Made by a program: the position numbers and the translations under genes
Shown: positions 60,266 to 64,000 of the stretch, piece by piece
Numbering within the stretch: the first letter of the stretch is position 1
How the letters are laid out: each line of letters starts with the position of its first letter
Source of the DNA: Chitinophagales bacterium
GTDB lineage: Bacteria; Bacteroidota; Bacteroidia; Chitinophagales; JADIYW01
DNA length: 64,000 nucleotides
Direction of reading: 5' to 3'
Assembly: GCA_020636535.1 (NCBI GenBank)
Contig: JACJXT010000011.1
Span: forward strand, 1,884,169-1,948,168
The notes under the pieces: model-generated
The model's database searches: none
What the model saw: only the letters and a program-made list of their open reading frames with translations
Told to the model about the DNA's origin: nothing

Positions 60266-61435
60266 ATGAAAAAAGGATTGCTATTAGTAATTATACTATT
60301 CACTTATTCGTGTATAAATCTTTTGTTTTCTTTAGATGAAAACCCAAATAGAGTTAGACAAAATCAAAAAGAATATAATCCATTACTTGGTTCTCCATAT
60401 GAAAAAATGTTTGCATACCGACAAGAAGAAATAAATAAAAAAACGGAAATAATAAATTTACCACAATTTGGACTTAGCTTTAATTTTATAAGCAATCCAA
60501 CAATAGATACAGTTAAAGAAAATAATATATATCGTTTATCTTATTATAAAGAAATATTTGGAAAAGAAGGACTTATAGGTAGATATAATGTTGATGTTTT
60601 GCCTAATGCAATTCAACCAAACGATTCATTAGTATTTGATGAAATTATTAATAGCATAAAACAAGACAAAAACTTACCTCCAATAATAGAAATACTAAAT
60701 AAACAACAAATAGTATATAATGGATTTTATAATTTATTTATAGTAAAATCAAAATATACTAATTCTGCTAAAAATTTAACTGTATTTCGGTGGGATTTTC
60801 TTTATAGAACTTGGCAAGGTGTAACTAGATTTAGCTTTATTCAAAATTCAACAGAAACCTATTTATATGAATCTCGTATAAATTTAATTGCAATGGATAA
60901 TTTTAAATGGTATGATTATAATGTTGTCGATAATAATTTAAAGATAGAATTTACATCACCTAGAGGCGTTTTTCAATACTCAAGTGTACCTACTACAAAT
61001 AGTATTGCTTTTCGATCATTTTTACCAAATTACAATTCAACAATAGACATATTTAAACTTAATACACAAACTACAACATTAAATGAGGTAGCCAATGAGC
61101 ACTTTTCAAAAATTTTAGCTACCAATAAAACAATTACATTAAACGATTATTTACCTAAAGGAACTAAAAATAATTATATTTCTAAAAAATATTTGACTAT
61201 TATAAATAATAATAATTACATAGTATATGAGTATGTTTTTAAAGTTAATAATGATTACTTTACAGCTACTGTAAAAAATAATTTAGATGATGTAGATGGT
61301 AGAGGTTCTCCTTTATTTTTAAAAGAAGTAGAAAAAATATTAGATTCTATTAAGCCAATAAACAACAATCAAACAGATAAAAAACCTAGTAATAATAACA
61401 ATGAAGATGATATTTATGACTATTTTGGTTATTAA
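60266..61435 (+). CDS. Putative lipoprotein of unknown function
   Basis: 389 aa. N-terminal hydrophobic segment with a Cys (LFTYSC), Asn-rich, no recognisable motif. Confidence 0.45.
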   Translation: MKKGLLLVIILFTYSCINLLFSLDENPNRVRQNQKEYNPLLGSPYEKMFAYRQEEINKKTEIINLPQFGLSFNFISNPTIDTVKENNIYRLSYYKEIFGKEGLIGRYNVDVLPNAIQPNDSLVFDEIINSIKQDKNLPPIIEILNKQQIVYNGFYNLFIVKSKYTNSAKNLTVFRWDFLYRTWQGVTRFSFIQNSTETYLYESRINLIAMDNFKWYDYNVVDNNLKIEFTSPRGVFQYSSVPTTNSIAFRSFLPNYNSTIDIFKLNTQTTTLNEVANEHFSKILATNKTITLNDYLPKGTKNNYISKKYLTIINNNNYIVYEYVFKVNNDYFTATVKNNLDDVDGRGSPLFLKEVEKILDSIKPINNNQTDKKPSNNNNEDDIYDYFGY

Positions 61436-61458
61436 AAACCAACAACATTAAAGAATAA

Positions 61459-62310
61459 TTAATCTAAATACTGCTTAGTCATTTCGGTAGATAAATTCCA
61501 AAAATCTTTTGCCAATTGTTCGTCTTGTGCAATTTTAGATACTGGTTTGGGTTGTTTTAAATCCCAATACTTTCCACTTAAATTATTGACACCATTATCA
61601 TCAGCTAAATAAACGCTAGTCCACGCTCCTTCTGCTGTCGGAATTCCAAAAATACTATTGTAAGTATTCCAAGCAAAATGAACTAAACCACTACTAGTTT
61701 TAGCACCAATATCAGATTTCACATGTCCTGGTTGTACTGCATATGAACTAAAATTTCTATCAGCATAAATTTTGGCTAATTCAATAGTAAATAACACATT
61801 GGCTAGTTTAGAGCGTTCATAAGCTTTCATAATAAAATAATTCTTTTCAAAATGCAAATCATTAAAATCCATTGTTCCTTTAAAGTGAGAGTCAGAAGCA
61901 ACAGTAATTACTTTTCCCCAATTGCTTTTTAAAATTGTTGGCATTAAATGGTGTGTTAAAACAAAAGGTGCTAAATGATTGCTAACCAATGTCATTTCAT
62001 AACCATCAGCACTTAGTATTCGTTTATCATATACAGCACCAGCATTATTTATTAAAACATCTATATGTTCTGTATTACTAGCTATTTGCTTAGCTGTTTT
62101 TTGTACCGAAGCTAAATCTGTAAAATCTGCTATGTAATAATTAAAATTTCCATCTCTATTTCTAGATTGCAACTCATCAACAACTGCTTTGCATTTAAAT
62201 TCATTTCTAGCAATAATACTTATATCATGACCTTTGTCTGCCAATTGTAGTGCAGTTTCTTTACCAATTCCAGAAGTAGCACCTGTTACAAAAATTTGTT
62301 TTTTACTCAT
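61459..62310 (-). CDS. Short-chain dehydrogenase/reductase (SDR)
   Basis: 283 aa. Cofactor motif TGATSGIG, NNAG, and catalytic YERSK. Confidence 0.85.
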   Translation of the reverse strand: MSKKQIFVTGATSGIGKETALQLADKGHDISIIARNEFKCKAVVDELQSRNRDGNFNYYIADFTDLASVQKTAKQIASNTEHIDVLINNAGAVYDKRILSADGYEMTLVSNHLAPFVLTHHLMPTILKSNWGKVITVASDSHFKGTMDFNDLHFEKNYFIMKAYERSKLANVLFTIELAKIYADRNFSSYAVQPGHVKSDIGAKTSSGLVHFAWNTYNSIFGIPTAEGAWTSVYLADDNGVNNLSGKYWDLKQPKPVSKIAQDEQLAKDFWNLSTEMTKQYLD

Positions 62311-62372
62311 TACAAACTAAAAATATAAAATAAAGGAGAAATATTGTTTAAATTTGCTAATAAATTATCATC

Positions 62373-63188
62373 ATGAAACTATTTATTAATACAATTGTAA
62401 TTAGTACTTGTTTTATATTATTGAATGCTTGTACATTTAACGACAAAAAACCTACTGAAGAAGAAATGAAAAAGTGTTTAATGCAAGAATTAGATAATAA
62501 AGCTAAAGTATTAAATTTTGAAACTCAAGATGGTTTAAATTCTACACCAGATGGTGTTAAAACCTACGATGCTATTTTTAATGCAGAAATTAAATTTATA
62601 TCAGCATATAAAGATAAATTTAAACCTGGTGATTATTATAAAATTATAAATGGAAGTGTTAAATATATAAAGACAGAAAAAGGTTGGAAAGCAAAATCGT
62701 ATGATTGGGACAATATGACATTAGAAAATTTAAATGACAAAACCAATAATAATAATGTTGTTGATAATGATTACGATGTTTATAATGACGAAATAACTGA
62801 AGCTACAAATGCTGTAGAAGAAGCTGCAACAGCAGTAGATGCACCATCTTACACTGCAACTATTGAAGCATTTTTAAATGCAGAAAGTACTAGAAACTTT
62901 AGCAAGTTCGAGAATTACTTTAGTCCAATTGTAGCAAGATATTGGAATGTAAAAAATATAGACCATGCAGAACTTAGAAAACAATACACCGATTCGTGGT
63001 CTAAAACAAACTATGGTATTAATGCATTAGAGTACATTAAATATATAAGCAGTAATACTTATGATGCATATATCACCTATGAGTATCAGTTAAAAAGTAA
63101 TGGTACAATTAAAACAGTAGAAAGTATTATTCGTTTTGTTTTTGATGACAATGGCAAAATCAAAGAAGTATATGGAATTGAAAGTTGA
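62373..63188 (+). CDS. Lipoprotein of unknown function (C-terminal half possibly NTF2/SnoaL-like)
   Basis: 271 aa with lipobox LLNAC. Asn/Asp-rich linker. The C-terminal roughly 110 aa show a cone-like alpha+beta pattern ending ..RFVFDDNGKIKEVYG. Confidence 0.45.
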   Translation: MKLFINTIVISTCFILLNACTFNDKKPTEEEMKKCLMQELDNKAKVLNFETQDGLNSTPDGVKTYDAIFNAEIKFISAYKDKFKPGDYYKIINGSVKYIKTEKGWKAKSYDWDNMTLENLNDKTNNNNVVDNDYDVYNDEITEATNAVEEAATAVDAPSYTATIEAFLNAESTRNFSKFENYFSPIVARYWNVKNIDHAELRKQYTDSWSKTNYGINALEYIKYISSNTYDAYITYEYQLKSNGTIKTVESIIRFVFDDNGKIKEVYGIES

Positions 63189-63223
63189 TTACTTATATAT
63201 AGTTTATAAATACATTATAAAAG

Positions 63224-64000
63224 ATGAATTCTTTAATTAAATTAACCAGTATATTATTTTATTTACTTCTTTCTTTTTCTATTTACGGACAAGACTCATT
63301 AGAGTCAAAAAATGAGAATTGGGATTTTATTGAAGAGCAATCATGTTTTGATGATGCTATTATTATTGTATTTAATATGCAAAAACTAGAAGCATATTTT
63401 AGAGAATATTCTTATGATAAAAATAATGACTTTATTATTTTACTTGATATTTATGAAAGCCAGCATAATGATTTATATGGAGAGTCAGTTGGGCTGCACT
63501 ACTCGAGCTATACAAACCTGTGGAATTTTATTTATGAATATGAAGAATGTGATTCTTCTAATTGTTGGATTAAAAATTCATTTTCTCAGAACCAGGAGCA
63601 ACAAAACTACCTAACAGTTATCTTTCCCATAAATTATTATTATAGTTATAATTATACTGATAATAATGTATTAACTAAAAAAACTAATTATAAAAATGTA
63701 ACTGTAGAAAAATATAAGCCAATTTATAATAGCAAGTATAGTAATAATAATACTGTACTTGGTGGATACTTATATAGAACTATTGAAACTCAATTTCATG
63801 ATGGCATAATGCATGGTTCTATAATTAAAGACCCTTTATATAAACTTTATTTAACCGGAATTCATACAGAAAGAATAATAGATCATAATTTTATTCATGA
63901 TTTTGAAGGATATAGTAAGTATTCTTATCAATTAGGTAATATTAATTTCCATAACAACACTCAATGTCCAAGTACTTTCTTCTTACATTATAACAATGAC
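63224..64000 (+). CDS. Secreted protein of unknown function, partial (runs off the window end)
   Basis: Not in the ORF track. My translation from ATG 63224 is open for 259 codons to the window end: MNSLIKLTSILFYLLLSFSIYGQDSLESKNENWDF... It has a signal peptide and is Asn/Tyr-rich. Confidence 0.55.
   Translation, partial: MNSLIKLTSILFYLLLSFSIYGQDSLESKNENWDFIEEQSCFDDAIIIVFNMQKLEAYFREYSYDKNNDFIILLDIYESQHNDLYGESVGLHYSSYTNLWNFIYEYEECDSSNCWIKNSFSQNQEQQNYLTVIFPINYYYSYNYTDNNVLTKKTNYKNVTVEKYKPIYNSKYSNNNTVLGGYLYRTIETQFHDGIMHGSIIKDPLYKLYLTGIHTERIIDHNFIHDFEGYSKYSYQLGNINFHNNTQCPSTFFLHYNND

Noticed and set aside
63414-63614. 66-aa plus-strand ORF listed in the track.
   Set aside because: It is out of frame with, and fully contained in, the much longer open frame starting at 63224, which runs to the window end and has a proper signal peptide.

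Overview
AT-rich (about 30% GC by eye) Bacteroidota-type chromosome segment. Supporting signs are TAnnTTTG -7 promoter boxes, a T9SS C-terminal sorting domain, several TonB-dependent receptors, and DUF3822-rsmD and gcvH-VanZ synteny. Most of the window is housekeeping: partial relA/spoT, skp-like, tRNA-Leu, tig-clpP, rpsF-rpsR-rplI, rpsO-pnp, mnmA, miaE, hemF, gcvH, sucC, rsmD, atpDC, tgt, guaA, a SulP/beta-carbonic anhydrase pair and parE. The accessory content is as follows. (1) Three nearly identical copies of a 1.3-kb IS5-family element: one 5'-truncated at 26258-27454 (+), and two intact at 31375-32674 and 39889-41189 (-). The two intact copies bracket a DUF4856/imelysin/HTTM/TonB-receptor operon plus an MscS gene. 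(2) A REP/RAYT-like module, with an HUH-Tyr transposase homolog flanked by inverted GC-rich hairpins at 42333-43005, followed by two orphan genes. (3) A roughly 100-bp hairpin-containing repeat just downstream of both the rplI and atpC terminators. The atpC copy leads into a 216-bp tandem duplication that is split by an IS copy. (4) Other GC-rich palindromic intergenic elements. (5) A run of secreted or lipoprotein orphan genes at 57069-64000, including a paralog pair and a possible PA-IL/LecA-like lectin domain. I found no CRISPR array, no rRNA, and no recognisable nuclease/ATPase/helicase-type defence or toxin system. The most unusual candidates are the REP/RAYT module, the repeat/IS architecture and the secreted paralog cluster. 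All calls come from reading the sequence and ORF translations; no database searches were run.
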